From positions 58,129 to 122,128 of the forward strand of contig JANOWJ010000138.1 of NCBI GenBank assembly GCA_031417835.1: a DNA stretch of 64,000 nucleotides, given 5' to 3'. Source of the DNA: Saprospiraceae bacterium (GTDB lineage: Bacteria; Bacteroidota; Bacteroidia; Chitinophagales; Saprospiraceae). The notes below the pieces were generated by a model that ran no database searches, was not told the DNA's origin, and worked only from the letters and a program-made list of their open reading frames with translations. Made by a program: the position numbers and the translations under genes. Below, one piece after another: positions 10,140 to 20,057 of this stretch (the first letter of the stretch is position 1; each line of letters begins with the position of its first letter).

Positions 10140-11648
10140 ATGATAACACAAAACATAGTAGGATATCAAACCCTGGGTAGTAATCAAACCATTCAAAGCG
10201 TACATGCTTTAAATCAAACCTTGTTTGATGAAAAATTTGCACTAGCTGATCAAGTGACGATAGACCTTGCCCTGGACAAAGCAGTCGAAGCATTTTCTAG
10301 TTTTCGGAAATGGAACCCGATACAACGGGCAGAGCTATTAGAAAAAATAGCTCAGAATATCGTAGAGCTCGGAGATATTTTGATACAAAGAGCAATGGCT
10401 GAAACAGGTCTGCCTGAAGCCAGAATCCTAGGTGAACGAGGTCGGACCATCGGCCAACTTACCATGATGGCTACAGCACTTCGGAATGGTACTTGGGAAG
10501 AAAACTTTATTGACCTTGCCAATCCTGATCGTCAACCATTGCCTAAGCCTGATCTGAGAAAAAGATTAATTCCTCTTGGCCCGGTGGTTGTATTTTCTGC
10601 AAGCAATTTTCCATTGGCTTTTTCTACGGCTGGAGGTGATGTCGCAAGCGCTTTGGCTGTTGGTTGCCCGGTGATTGTAAAAGCTATTGACGCCCACCTG
10701 GGTACAAATGCATTGGTAGCTGAGGCCGTGATGAATGCCGCTAAGTCATTGAGTGCTCCTGATGGGGTATTTTCGTCATTGTATGGTTCTGGGCAAGACT
10801 TGGGCCAAATCTTGGTGAAAGATGCTCGGGTCAAAGCGGTGGGTTTCACAGGGTCATATCGAGCTGGTAGAGCTATCATGGATTCAGCCGCTGCTCGTGT
10901 TGAGCCGATACCAGTCTTTGCAGAGATGGGTAGTATAAACCCTGTCGTGGTGATGGCCTCAGCTCTGGCAAAAAGAGCAGTCTTCATAGGCGAGCAACTT
11001 GGTACCTCGATGACTCAAGGCGTAGGCCAGTTTTGTACCAAACCTGGGCTTATCCTGATGGAAGAAAGTGATCACTTTGATGCATTTTATAGTGCATTAC
11101 ATGGTAAGGTGGCCTTGATGGCAGCTTCGCCTATGCTCAACCGAAGAATCCAAAGCAGTTTCGTCCAATCCTTGCAAAATCTTTCTAAAGAGATGCCTTT
11201 GATCAATATGAATGAAGGTCATAATTCCCATCTGGTCAAAGCAGCTTTTGCTGTAGTCACTGGTACTGACTTCCTGGCGCATCCTGCTTGGCATCAGGAA
11301 GTGTTTGGACCATTTGCCATTATTATAAAATGTAAAGACCACACCCAAATCGAACAAATCATTCAATCCTTATCAGGCCAACTGACAGCTACGATATGGA
11401 GTGAACCTGAGGACCCAGCCAATGATAAAATAATCGATATTTTGGAGCAATCCGCCGGTCGTCTCGTATGGAATGGGGTACCTACCGGTGTGGAGGTGTG
11501 TGATGCTCAAATGCATGGCGGACCCTTCCCGGCTACCAGTCATCCGTTTTTTGGAGCGGTGGGCATAGGATCAATGAAACGATGGTGCCGTCCTATAGCG
11601 TATCAAAATTTTCCGGCCGAGTTATTACCGCTAGAGTTAAAGGGATAA
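10140..11648 (+). CDS. NADP-dependent aldehyde dehydrogenase, alpha-ketoglutaric semialdehyde dehydrogenase (KGSADH)-like
   Basis: FSASNFPLAFSTAGGDVASALAVGCPVIVKA and catalytic Cys context GVGQFCTKPG. 502 aa. Confidence 0.85.
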   Translation: MITQNIVGYQTLGSNQTIQSVHALNQTLFDEKFALADQVTIDLALDKAVEAFSSFRKWNPIQRAELLEKIAQNIVELGDILIQRAMAETGLPEARILGERGRTIGQLTMMATALRNGTWEENFIDLANPDRQPLPKPDLRKRLIPLGPVVVFSASNFPLAFSTAGGDVASALAVGCPVIVKAIDAHLGTNALVAEAVMNAAKSLSAPDGVFSSLYGSGQDLGQILVKDARVKAVGFTGSYRAGRAIMDSAAARVEPIPVFAEMGSINPVVVMASALAKRAVFIGEQLGTSMTQGVGQFCTKPGLILMEESDHFDAFYSALHGKVALMAASPMLNRRIQSSFVQSLQNLSKEMPLINMNEGHNSHLVKAAFAVVTGTDFLAHPAWHQEVFGPFAIIIKCKDHTQIEQIIQSLSGQLTATIWSEPEDPANDKIIDILEQSAGRLVWNGVPTGVEVCDAQMHGGPFPATSHPFFGAVGIGSMKRWCRPIAYQNFPAELLPLELKG

Positions 11649-11707
11649 CTTTTTAAATTTTACAAGATAGCTAGTTGAATTGTCGCCGTTGGACCAACAT
11701 TATTCTT

Positions 11708-11740
11708 GGCTAAATCTAAGCTATCTTAGTAGATTTAGCC
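11708..11740 (+). other. Long hairpin (GGCTAAATCTAAG ... CTTAGTAGATTTAGCC) downstream of the ALDH gene; possible terminator without a U-tract
   Basis: Inverted repeat read directly. It is followed by ATATATAGC rather than a T-run. Confidence 0.4.
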
Positions 11741-11749
11741 ATATATAGC

Positions 11750-12511
11750 TTGAATATCTTTGCCCAAGGGAGTTTGAGAAATGAATTCCAAAATCTTTAT
11801 TCCGCATTATTTGATCACTTTGAAAATCACTTGTCCATAGTAAAAGCGTTAGCCACCGGACATCATGGAATGACTAGAAATGAAATCAGTAAAACTTCCA
11901 AACTGGCTAACGGCGGTGGATTGACCCGAATATTGGAAGAGCTAGAAGCTTCGTCATTTATTCTCCCAATATTGCCATTCGGAAAAAAGAAAAAGGATAC
12001 CCTGTATCGTCTCGTAGATGAATACAGCTTGTTTTATTTGAAATTTATAGATGGCCAACAAGCTGGTCACAAAAACATCTGGTTGCAAAAAAGCAATGAG
12101 CAAGTCAGTAGGATTTGGCAAGGGTATGCCTTTGAAAACATATGTATCAAACACAGTGAGGCGATAAAAAAAGCATTAGGTATCGACGGGATGTATTCAT
12201 CTGTACATAGTTACTTCGCTAAAAACATAGGTGATTACAAGGGATTACAAATTGATTTACTGATAGACAGAGCAGATCGGGCGCTGAATCTTTGTGAAAT
12301 GAAATTTTATGATTCAGAGTTTACGCTCACAGCGTCCATGGCTATGGAATGGCGTCAAAAACGAGCTTTGTTCAAAGAAAGGACGGGCACCAGAAAAGCT
12401 ATTTTTAATACCTTGATCACCACCTATGGATTAATTGCCAATTCGAATAGCCTAGCCCAGGTGGATCAGACAGTGACCATGCATGCATTGTTTGATCAAC
12501 AACGATTTTAG
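11750..12511 (+). pseudogene. 5'-truncated remnant of an AAA-ATPase/DUF234-type gene (wHTH plus PD-(D/E)xK-like C-terminal half only)
   Basis: The ORF starts at TTG and has no Walker A. It retains a wHTH-like segment (GMTRNEISKTSKLANGGGLTRILEELE) and a nuclease-like motif (QIDLLIDRADRALNLCEMKF). Only about 100 nt of non-coding DNA lies upstream. Confidence 0.55.
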
Positions 12512-12731
12512 ATATCGTAATTACCTAGATGGGATGGAGGTCAATTACTAAGATCTAAAAAAATAATTATATTATCTCTTGTTTATTAGTATATTATAAA
12601 TGTAATAAATTGTGAATTTATTAATCATTATAAATCAATGAAATATAAGTTATAAAAAATTTAAATATTTAAAGAACCTGTTTATATTTACCGTCCAAAC
12701 CACTTATTAGACGACAAATTATACAGGACTT

Positions 12732-15314
12732 ATGGGCAAGAAGAAAAACAGTAAACCCTTTTGGCAAAAGATCAATCTAAAGGATGAAAGATGGACCAAA
12801 GTATTGGGCCTCATTACTTTATTTTTTTCAATTATCCTCTTGATCAGCATGATATCTTATCTTTTTACGTGGAGGTATGATCAAGACAAGGTATTAAACT
12901 TCTCCTGGCGAATATTTTTACAAAAAGACCTTGCCGTCGCTAATATATTTGGTCGTCTTGGGGCTTTCTTATCACATCAGGTGATTTATTGGAGTTTTGG
13001 GTTGCCTGCATTTGTCTTAGTATATATCTCATTGATGTATACTTGGAAGTGGGTGAGGAATGCGAAGTATAATTTGACGATGAAGAGCCTAAGTGCTTTA
13101 TGGGTTATGTTATATGGTTCTGTTTTTTTAGAATCGATTTTCGGTCGATTTGCATTTCCATTTGGCGGAGCAATAGGGGAGTGGGTTGCTTATTATTTGC
13201 GCAATATGATAGGCATGGTAGGCCTTTTAGGTCTGCTGTTCTTGATCATAGGTATCTTGTTGATGTGGAATTATAATCCTGACTTATCCGGATTAAAACT
13301 ACCCTCCATGCAATTATCAGGCGCAGGTGAAGATGTTAAATCCATCAATTTGAGTTCAGCATTTAATTTTTTCAAAAAATCCAATGCCGCTGCTGATGAA
13401 GCGACCTCTAAGGATAGTACATCTACTGATGCTGGGCCTGAAGTGGCAGGTCCATCACCGCTACTGCCCAAACGAAAGGTCATCGATCTGGACTTTGATG
13501 AGCCGATTATAGAATCGGTGATGCCGATCCAAGTGGTTCAGGAATCAGATGTATATAAACCTCAATACGCTGACCTACATGACCTTCGATTGAATGAACC
13601 CATTCTCGAATTTGAAGAAATAGGGACAGGTGCTACAGTACATAATACAACACTCGACCTTGAGGCAGCATTGCCCTTAGAGATCAACCAATCGTTGGAC
13701 CAAATCCCATTGATCGCTTTGGAACCGCTGACTGAAGAGGAGACGGCAAAAACCAATGCTGAAAAATACGCAAACCTGCAGCCATACGACCCGGATGCTG
13801 AATTATCAAAATTTCAATTGCCATCTGTAGACTTACTGATGGATTATACAGATCAAAATTTTGAAATCGACCGAGCTGAGCTGGAAGCTAATAAAGATCA
13901 AATCATCGAGACCCTTATGCACTACAAGATCGAGATCACTAAGATCCGAGCTACAGTAGGGCCAACCGTCACACTGTATGAGATCATCCCTGCACCTGGT
14001 GTGAGAATCTCTAAGATCAAAAACCTGGAAGACGATATTGCATTGAATCTATCTGCGTTAGGTATCCGGATCATAGCTCCTATACCAGGTAAAGGCACCA
14101 TAGGTATAGAAGTACCCAATAAGAAAAAACAAATTGTGAGCCTCAGAGAAGTCTTGATCTCTGAAAAATTTCAACAATCCAAAATGGATCTACCGATAGC
14201 GTTAGGTAGAACGATAGCCAACGAAGTATTTGTAGTAGATCTAGCTAAAATGCCACATTTACTGATCGCCGGTGCAACGGGTCAGGGTAAGTCGGTAGGT
14301 ATCAATACGATCCTGATGTCTCTCTTGTATAAAAAACATCCATCGCAAGTCAAGTTGGTACTGATCGATCCTAAGAAAGTAGAATTATTTCCATATGCAA
14401 AACTGGAAAATCATTTTCTAGCCTATCTGCCGGATCAGGATGAGCCTATCGTGACGGAGACCAATAAAGTAATCTTTACGCTCAACTCCTTGTGTATAGA
14501 AATGGATACTCGCTATGACCTTTTGAAAAAAGCGGAGTCAAGAAACATCAAGGAATACAATAAGAAGTTTACGGCAAGGCAATTAAATCCGGAAAAAGGT
14601 CATCGGTACTTGCCTTTTATAGTCTTGGTCATCGATGAGTTTGCAGATATGATCATGACTGCCGGCAAAGAGGTAGAGTTGCCTATCGGCCGTCTTGCTC
14701 AATTAGCCAGGGCAGTAGGAATACATTTGATCATTGCTACTCAAAGGCCTTCTGTCAATATCATCACTGGGGTGATCAAGGCTAACTTTCCGGCACGACT
14801 TGCATTTAAAGTATCCTCTAAAGTGGATTCGAGGACGATATTGGATACGGGAGGTGCTGACCAATTGATTGGTAGTGGTGACATGTTACTCAGCGTAGGT
14901 GGTGATATGATTCGATTACAATGCGCGTTTGTGGATACTCCTGAGGTAGAAAATGTGTTAAATTTTATACATGATCAACGTGGTTTTGCTCAACCATATT
15001 TTTTACCGGAGTATACCGGTGAGGATGGTCCTTCTGGAGCAGACAAAGCCATTTTAGAAGATCTGGATGATATGTTGGATGAAGCAGCCCGACTTGTAGT
15101 CCAAAATCAACATGGAAGTACCTCTATGATCCAACGTAGACTCAAGCTTGGCTATAATAGAGCAGGTCGCATCATGGATCAGCTCGAGCTGCTGGGTATC
15201 GTAGGTGCAGGTGAAGGCTCCAAACCTCGTGAGGTACTCGTACAAAGTGAAATGGAACTCAGTCGGATTATGGAGCGATTACGTGGCGGTAAAGAAAAAG
15301 ATACCCTTTTTTAG
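12732..15314 (+). CDS. ftsK: DNA translocase FtsK/SpoIIIE
   Basis: N-terminal TM helices, low-complexity linker, Walker A LLIAGATGQGKSVGIN, Walker B VLVIDEFADM, C-terminal gamma wHTH STSMIQRRLKLGYNRAGRIMDQLELLGIVG. Confidence 0.95.
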   Translation: MGKKKNSKPFWQKINLKDERWTKVLGLITLFFSIILLISMISYLFTWRYDQDKVLNFSWRIFLQKDLAVANIFGRLGAFLSHQVIYWSFGLPAFVLVYISLMYTWKWVRNAKYNLTMKSLSALWVMLYGSVFLESIFGRFAFPFGGAIGEWVAYYLRNMIGMVGLLGLLFLIIGILLMWNYNPDLSGLKLPSMQLSGAGEDVKSINLSSAFNFFKKSNAAADEATSKDSTSTDAGPEVAGPSPLLPKRKVIDLDFDEPIIESVMPIQVVQESDVYKPQYADLHDLRLNEPILEFEEIGTGATVHNTTLDLEAALPLEINQSLDQIPLIALEPLTEEETAKTNAEKYANLQPYDPDAELSKFQLPSVDLLMDYTDQNFEIDRAELEANKDQIIETLMHYKIEITKIRATVGPTVTLYEIIPAPGVRISKIKNLEDDIALNLSALGIRIIAPIPGKGTIGIEVPNKKKQIVSLREVLISEKFQQSKMDLPIALGRTIANEVFVVDLAKMPHLLIAGATGQGKSVGINTILMSLLYKKHPSQVKLVLIDPKKVELFPYAKLENHFLAYLPDQDEPIVTETNKVIFTLNSLCIEMDTRYDLLKKAESRNIKEYNKKFTARQLNPEKGHRYLPFIVLVIDEFADMIMTAGKEVELPIGRLAQLARAVGIHLIIATQRPSVNIITGVIKANFPARLAFKVSSKVDSRTILDTGGADQLIGSGDMLLSVGGDMIRLQCAFVDTPEVENVLNFIHDQRGFAQPYFLPEYTGEDGPSGADKAILEDLDDMLDEAARLVVQNQHGSTSMIQRRLKLGYNRAGRIMDQLELLGIVGAGEGSKPREVLVQSEMELSRIMERLRGGKEKDTLF

Positions 15315-15330
15315 TAGTAATTGAATTACA

Positions 15331-15470
15331 AAAAAATTGATTCTTCGCTTCGCCCTTCACTTGTCTTCCGGATAAGCAAGTCTTCGCATTCGTCTCACCT
15401 CGCTACTCGCCATAATTGCATTTCTTTGCGTCTTTGCGCGCCATACTTAATTTCTTTGCTCTTCGCTTCG
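15331..15470. repeat. Cluster of degenerate intergenic repeat units (AAAATTGATTCTTCGCTTCGCC; ATAATTGCATTTCTTTGCGTCTTTGCGCGCC; CTTAATTTCTTTGCTCTTCGCTTCG)
   Basis: Units read at 15331-15355, 15412-15442 and 15446-15470. Related inverted copies occur at 58517-58606 and 63599-63628. Confidence 0.7.
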
Positions 15471-15521
15471 TTTTACCCCACTGCACGCATATACTTATTA
15501 TCTTTGTCCAGTTAGATTATC

Positions 15522-15956
15522 GTGACTGACTTATTCTTTATGCAAAGAGCACTTGATCTGGCCATGGCAGCCATGGATCAAGATGAGGTGCCTGTCGGCG
15601 CTGTGTTAGTTTGTAATGAACGGATTATCGGCAGAGGTCAAAATCAAACAGAGCATCTGTGTGATGTCACTGCGCATGCTGAGATGATCGCAATCAGTGC
15701 AGGTATAGAATTTTTAGGAGCGAAGTATCTGGATGACTGTACCCTTTACGTGACCCTAGAGCCATGTGTCATGTGTGCAGGAGCCTTGAAGTGGGCACAA
15801 ATTGGAAGAGTGGTATATGGAGCAGGTGACGAAAAAAATGGTTTTATGAAATTTGGCAAAGACATTCTCCATCCTAAGACAAGACTGGAGTATGGTTTGT
15901 TGGAATCAGAATGTAGTGAGATCATCCAGCGTTTTTTTAAAAAGAAACGAAAATAA
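15522..15956 (+). CDS. tadA: tRNA adenosine(34) deaminase TadA; likely start ATG at 15540
   Basis: Zinc motifs HAEM and PCVMCAGA. 144 aa from GTG, 138 aa from the ATG. Confidence 0.9.
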   Translation: MTDLFFMQRALDLAMAAMDQDEVPVGAVLVCNERIIGRGQNQTEHLCDVTAHAEMIAISAGIEFLGAKYLDDCTLYVTLEPCVMCAGALKWAQIGRVVYGAGDEKNGFMKFGKDILHPKTRLEYGLLESECSEIIQRFFKKKRK

Positions 15957-16063
15957 GGCACGTATCCCTTAAAGCGAAGTTAATCCCCAAGTTAAAGAGT
16001 CTTAAGATTGTAGAATAGTGGTCAGAACATAGTCTAATTTGTACAATAATCAACCAAAAGCAT

Positions 16064-16606
16064 ATGATCAGACTATTTTACGTTGCACTGTTTTTACAAA
16101 CTATATCATCCTGTGCACCTGTACGGAGCGCGTATACGCAGAGACTACACGATAGATTTGAGTGGAAGGAAGCGGATTTAAAAAAAGTACAATTCTATTT
16201 GAGCGAAGACATTGTGCTGCGAAGACAAGCAGATGGACAAGGCAAAGCTGAGATTGCATCGGGGCACATCAAAATCATCGATGGCACCCGATATGAGATT
16301 GTAAAATTCAAGAGAGGCATCCCGGGTGTATTGTTATTTATGCCCAAAGAAAACCGGATGGCAGTGAGCTTTGAAGGCAGCGGCTCGACGGACAATTTCC
16401 TAATGTTCGGTCCAAATCCTAATTACAATCACAGATACGTGCTCTTAGCTTCAGACTGGAACAAACAATCTGGCGAAGTGACCTATCAGGGTAAAAAATG
16501 GACGACCAGTAGCAGAAGTGCTTTTGCCGGGTTAGCCATCAATCTTAAGAATATAGATCAATATCATACAGAGGCGAGAGTAGCGAAAGGTAGGACTGTG
16601 GAATAG
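16064..16606 (+). CDS. Hypothetical lipoprotein
   Basis: Leader MIRLFYVALFLQTISSC with a lipobox-like Cys. 180 aa with no family motif recognised. Confidence 0.6.
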   Translation: MIRLFYVALFLQTISSCAPVRSAYTQRLHDRFEWKEADLKKVQFYLSEDIVLRRQADGQGKAEIASGHIKIIDGTRYEIVKFKRGIPGVLLFMPKENRMAVSFEGSGSTDNFLMFGPNPNYNHRYVLLASDWNKQSGEVTYQGKKWTTSSRSAFAGLAINLKNIDQYHTEARVAKGRTVE

Positions 16607-16643
16607 GGCGATTGCAGGCCTAATCTTAAGTCCTTATTCAAGC

Positions 16644-18833
16644 TCACTTCAACCATCGATCCAAATAGTCCAGATAAGTCTGCCACAGTCTGACTTGACT
16701 TGCGGCACTATATGCTACACCGTGATGACCGGGAGGGTAGATTCTAAGGTCGACTTCTTTGCCTGCATCTGTAGCAGCTTGTACAAATTGGAAAGTATTA
16801 AGTACATGTACATTATCGTCTTCCAATGCATGAGCGATGAGCAAATGATCGGTCATGTTTTTTACAAAATTGATGGGGGCATGATCTTGATACTTCTGGT
16901 CATTTTCAGGTAAGATACCCATATAGCGCTCTGTCCAAATATTATCATATAGTTTGTAATGCGTGACTGGGGCACCCGCGATGCCCAACTTAAACGCACC
17001 AGGATGTTTAGTGAGCGTATAGGTAGTTGTAAAGCCTCCATAGCTATGACCTTGTATGGCCATACGCGATCTATCCAGCCACGTATATTTTTTGGCTAAT
17101 GCATCTACCGTAGCTATAAAATCTTCTGCTTCTAGTTTCCCCAATTGCTCGTATACACTTTCCATAAAATCCCGACCATATCCGGTACTTCCTCTATTAT
17201 TGACGGAGGCTATGGCATAACCACTTTGAGCGAGATATTGTTCATACGGATTTGAACCCCAACTATTATATACGCTTTGAGCACTGGGACCACCATAGAT
17301 CGAAAGCACTAATGGGTATTTTTTTGACGGATCAAAATTCACAGGTTTGATGAGGTAGATATCAAGAGACCTTCCATCTGTAGTCGATAAAGTCTCTAAG
17401 GTTTTTGGTGCATATACATGGGATTGGATAAAGGATTTTACAGGTTCATTCGTCTGCCATGTTTTTACTACACGACCATCTACAGATTTGATTTCAACCT
17501 GCCGGGGAGTGGCGGTATTAGACCATGTGTCTATAAAATATTTTGCACCGGGTGCAAACTGAATGAGATGTCGACCTGTAGCAGAGGTGATTTTTTTCTG
17601 ATCCGAGCCATCTAGTCTGATACTGTAAAGATGTCGTTCTAATGCTGAAGCCTCGGTACTGGTGTAATATAATAAGTTGGATTTTGCATCCAGGTTTTCT
17701 ACAGTCATCACATCCCAGGCACCCTGTGTGACTTGGCCCAATAGTCGTCCAGTGTAATCATATCGATAGACATGCTGATGCCCGCTGCGATCAGAAATCC
17801 AATAAAATTCATTTACACCTTTTGGGAAAAAGAAATGATGTAAAATGCCGGAAAAAAAATTGAAGATATCCATCCATCCTTTTGAATCCTCTTGCAGGAT
17901 ACTTTTGCTTGCTCCCGTCAATCGATCTACCATAAATAAGTCTAACATTCGTTGTTTTCGATCTAATCGCACCACCGCTAATTTTTTAGGATCAACAGTC
18001 CAATATAACCTAGGCAAATAGCCACCTTGTAATGGAACGTTAGCCCATATGGTCTTGCCTAATTTGATGTCGACTATACCGATTTTGGCTGTTGGGACCG
18101 GGTCACCTACTCTGGGATAAGGAATCTTTTTATACTCTGGGTGCTGGCCACTCAGATCGGAGTACTGATAGATAGGTACCGCAGTCTCGTTGATGTGCCA
18201 ATAGGCGATACTTTTGCTATCCGGATTCCACTCCCAAGCTCTGACTAAACCAAATTCTTCTTCATACACCCATCCAAATCGGCCATTATAGATAGCAGCG
18301 CCACCATCTTTGGTCAATTGTTTTTCTTTCTGTGTCATCAGATCTAGCGAATATAAATTTCCATTGCGCTCAAAAGCGACAGACTTACCATCCGGTGAAA
18401 CTTGAGCCGTGTAAGCATCTTTGGCCACTAGGCGTAGGGATTTCGATTTTAGCGTGTAGAGAAAATAATCAGAATTGCCACTGTTGCGCCAAACTTGTCG
18501 AAAATTGGATCGGAATAACAAGTAATTGAAATCAGAAGTCCATTCGAAAGCGTCGTATTCAAAAGGCTTATCTGTACCCGGAAATTTTAAGTCGCTTACA
18601 TCAAATACAATCTCATCTTCATCGTTAGCCGGATTATATGAATTAATCTTGCCGGGAGATTTGATATAAGAAAATTGATTGCCATCTTTTATCCAATTTA
18701 CATTTTGCGGCCCGCCACGACCAGCCAGCATGCCCCCTTTAGAAAAAGCATCTTGCATAGATAGATATCTGGTCTGCGTAAAAGCACTTAAAGAAATACA
18801 AAAACATAGCAGCCCTAAAATTATTTGTTTCAT
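16644..18833 (-). CDS. Dipeptidyl-peptidase IV (S9B prolyl oligopeptidase family)
   Basis: Signal peptide, beta-propeller N-domain, nucleophile elbow AIQGHSYGG, DDNVH near the C-terminus. 729 aa. Confidence 0.9.
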   Translation of the reverse strand: MKQIILGLLCFCISLSAFTQTRYLSMQDAFSKGGMLAGRGGPQNVNWIKDGNQFSYIKSPGKINSYNPANDEDEIVFDVSDLKFPGTDKPFEYDAFEWTSDFNYLLFRSNFRQVWRNSGNSDYFLYTLKSKSLRLVAKDAYTAQVSPDGKSVAFERNGNLYSLDLMTQKEKQLTKDGGAAIYNGRFGWVYEEEFGLVRAWEWNPDSKSIAYWHINETAVPIYQYSDLSGQHPEYKKIPYPRVGDPVPTAKIGIVDIKLGKTIWANVPLQGGYLPRLYWTVDPKKLAVVRLDRKQRMLDLFMVDRLTGASKSILQEDSKGWMDIFNFFSGILHHFFFPKGVNEFYWISDRSGHQHVYRYDYTGRLLGQVTQGAWDVMTVENLDAKSNLLYYTSTEASALERHLYSIRLDGSDQKKITSATGRHLIQFAPGAKYFIDTWSNTATPRQVEIKSVDGRVVKTWQTNEPVKSFIQSHVYAPKTLETLSTTDGRSLDIYLIKPVNFDPSKKYPLVLSIYGGPSAQSVYNSWGSNPYEQYLAQSGYAIASVNNRGSTGYGRDFMESVYEQLGKLEAEDFIATVDALAKKYTWLDRSRMAIQGHSYGGFTTTYTLTKHPGAFKLGIAGAPVTHYKLYDNIWTERYMGILPENDQKYQDHAPINFVKNMTDHLLIAHALEDDNVHVLNTFQFVQAATDAGKEVDLRIYPPGHHGVAYSAASQVRLWQTYLDYLDRWLK

Positions 18834-18887
18834 TCGAGATGAATTTTAAATGCAAAGCTAAAATAGGCTATCATTGTATACCCCATT

Positions 18888-20057
18888 TTGGATAAAAAAT
18901 CCCTACATATTATTTCACATGAACTTCCTTATCCGCCGACGCGTGGTAATGTGATGGGTATATATTATCGGATCCGAGCTCTGCATGCAGCGGGTATTGA
19001 GATCATATTACATACTTTTTATAAACACTTTATGTTGGCAGATCCTTTGTCGGCTTACTGCAAAGTCATCTATCAATATCCCAGAATATCGAACTGGAAG
19101 ATTCAAAATCTCAAGCAACCATTCTTTGTGCAATCCCGGAGATCAGAGGCCTTGATAAAGGCCTTGGCTGCTGATGATCACCCTATATTGTTTGAGGGGT
19201 TGCATACTACATTCCACTTTGAGGATAACAGATTGAGAGGTCGGAGAAAATATGTGCGCATGCATAATGTAGAATCTGACTATTATGGTCATCTAGCACG
19301 TATAGAAGTGAATATCTTGAAGAGATTCTATTATCGATTCGAGTCATTCGCTTGTAAAAAACTAGAGTCAAACATATTAAAAAATGCAAATCAAATCTTT
19401 GCCATTTCGAGAGTGGACCATGATTATTTTACTCGTAGTCACATTGCATCTTTTTGGATACCTCCATTCATTGACCCGGTAGTGCGGAGCCCATCAGGCT
19501 TGGGGAAATTTGTGTTGTACCATGGTGATCTTTCGATCCGGGAAAATGAAAATGCTGTGATGTTTTTGGTAAAAAAAGTATTCAATGATTTGGAGTTCCC
19601 GCTGGTGATAGCTGGGTATAAACCATCCCGACGATTGGTACGACTGATTCAGGCCGAGCCTAAAATAAAACTCCATGTGTCGCCTGCTCACCAGGACATG
19701 AATGCGTTAATATCAAATGCACAGATGATCTTAGCGCCATTTAGCCAGACCACTGGTTATAAAATGAAATTGTTAGAGTCATTGACCAAAGGACGGCATA
19801 TCATCACCAGTAAGAACATGTTAGTCGTAGAGGAGTTAAAAGATGTCTTGCACTTTGCTGATGATGATCCTACATCCTGGAAAGATCGAATCCAACATTT
19901 AGCATCAAAACCATTTGGACCTAAAGATGTCGAGCTCAGACAACGACTCATGACGCATATATATGATCCACAGCTAAATGCAGCTAAGATGATTGAAGTT
20001 ATATATGAAAAAACCAATGATTATTTACCAAAAGCGTATACAGCACCCAATCTCTGA
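18888..20057 (+). CDS. Glycosyltransferase, GT-B fold (GT1/GT4-like); TTG start
   Basis: N-terminus LHIISHELPYPPTRGNVMGIYYRIRAL and overall two-Rossmann layout. Family-level call only. Confidence 0.6.
   Translation: MDKKSLHIISHELPYPPTRGNVMGIYYRIRALHAAGIEIILHTFYKHFMLADPLSAYCKVIYQYPRISNWKIQNLKQPFFVQSRRSEALIKALAADDHPILFEGLHTTFHFEDNRLRGRRKYVRMHNVESDYYGHLARIEVNILKRFYYRFESFACKKLESNILKNANQIFAISRVDHDYFTRSHIASFWIPPFIDPVVRSPSGLGKFVLYHGDLSIRENENAVMFLVKKVFNDLEFPLVIAGYKPSRRLVRLIQAEPKIKLHVSPAHQDMNALISNAQMILAPFSQTTGYKMKLLESLTKGRHIITSKNMLVVEELKDVLHFADDDPTSWKDRIQHLASKPFGPKDVELRQRLMTHIYDPQLNAAKMIEVIYEKTNDYLPKAYTAPNL

Noticed and set aside
9865-10293. 142-aa minus-strand ORF bridging the DHDPS-family and ALDH genes.
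   Set aside because: Its middle translates the TCCGAAATC repeat array (GLIDFGLIDFGFGISDCGFRG). Both ends are antisense to well-supported genes, so it is an artefact of the repeats.
12512-12731. Very AT-rich 220-bp spacer upstream of ftsK, considered as a replication origin, integration scar or mobile-element end.
   Set aside because: I saw no repeated DnaA-box-like 9-mers, no tRNA, no terminal inverted repeats and no recombinase nearby. It is most simply the ftsK promoter region.
15321-15515. 64-aa plus-strand ORF between ftsK and tadA.
   Set aside because: It is made entirely of the degenerate intergenic repeat units and has a Ser/Leu-rich low-complexity translation with no start context. 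It is better explained as non-coding repeat DNA.
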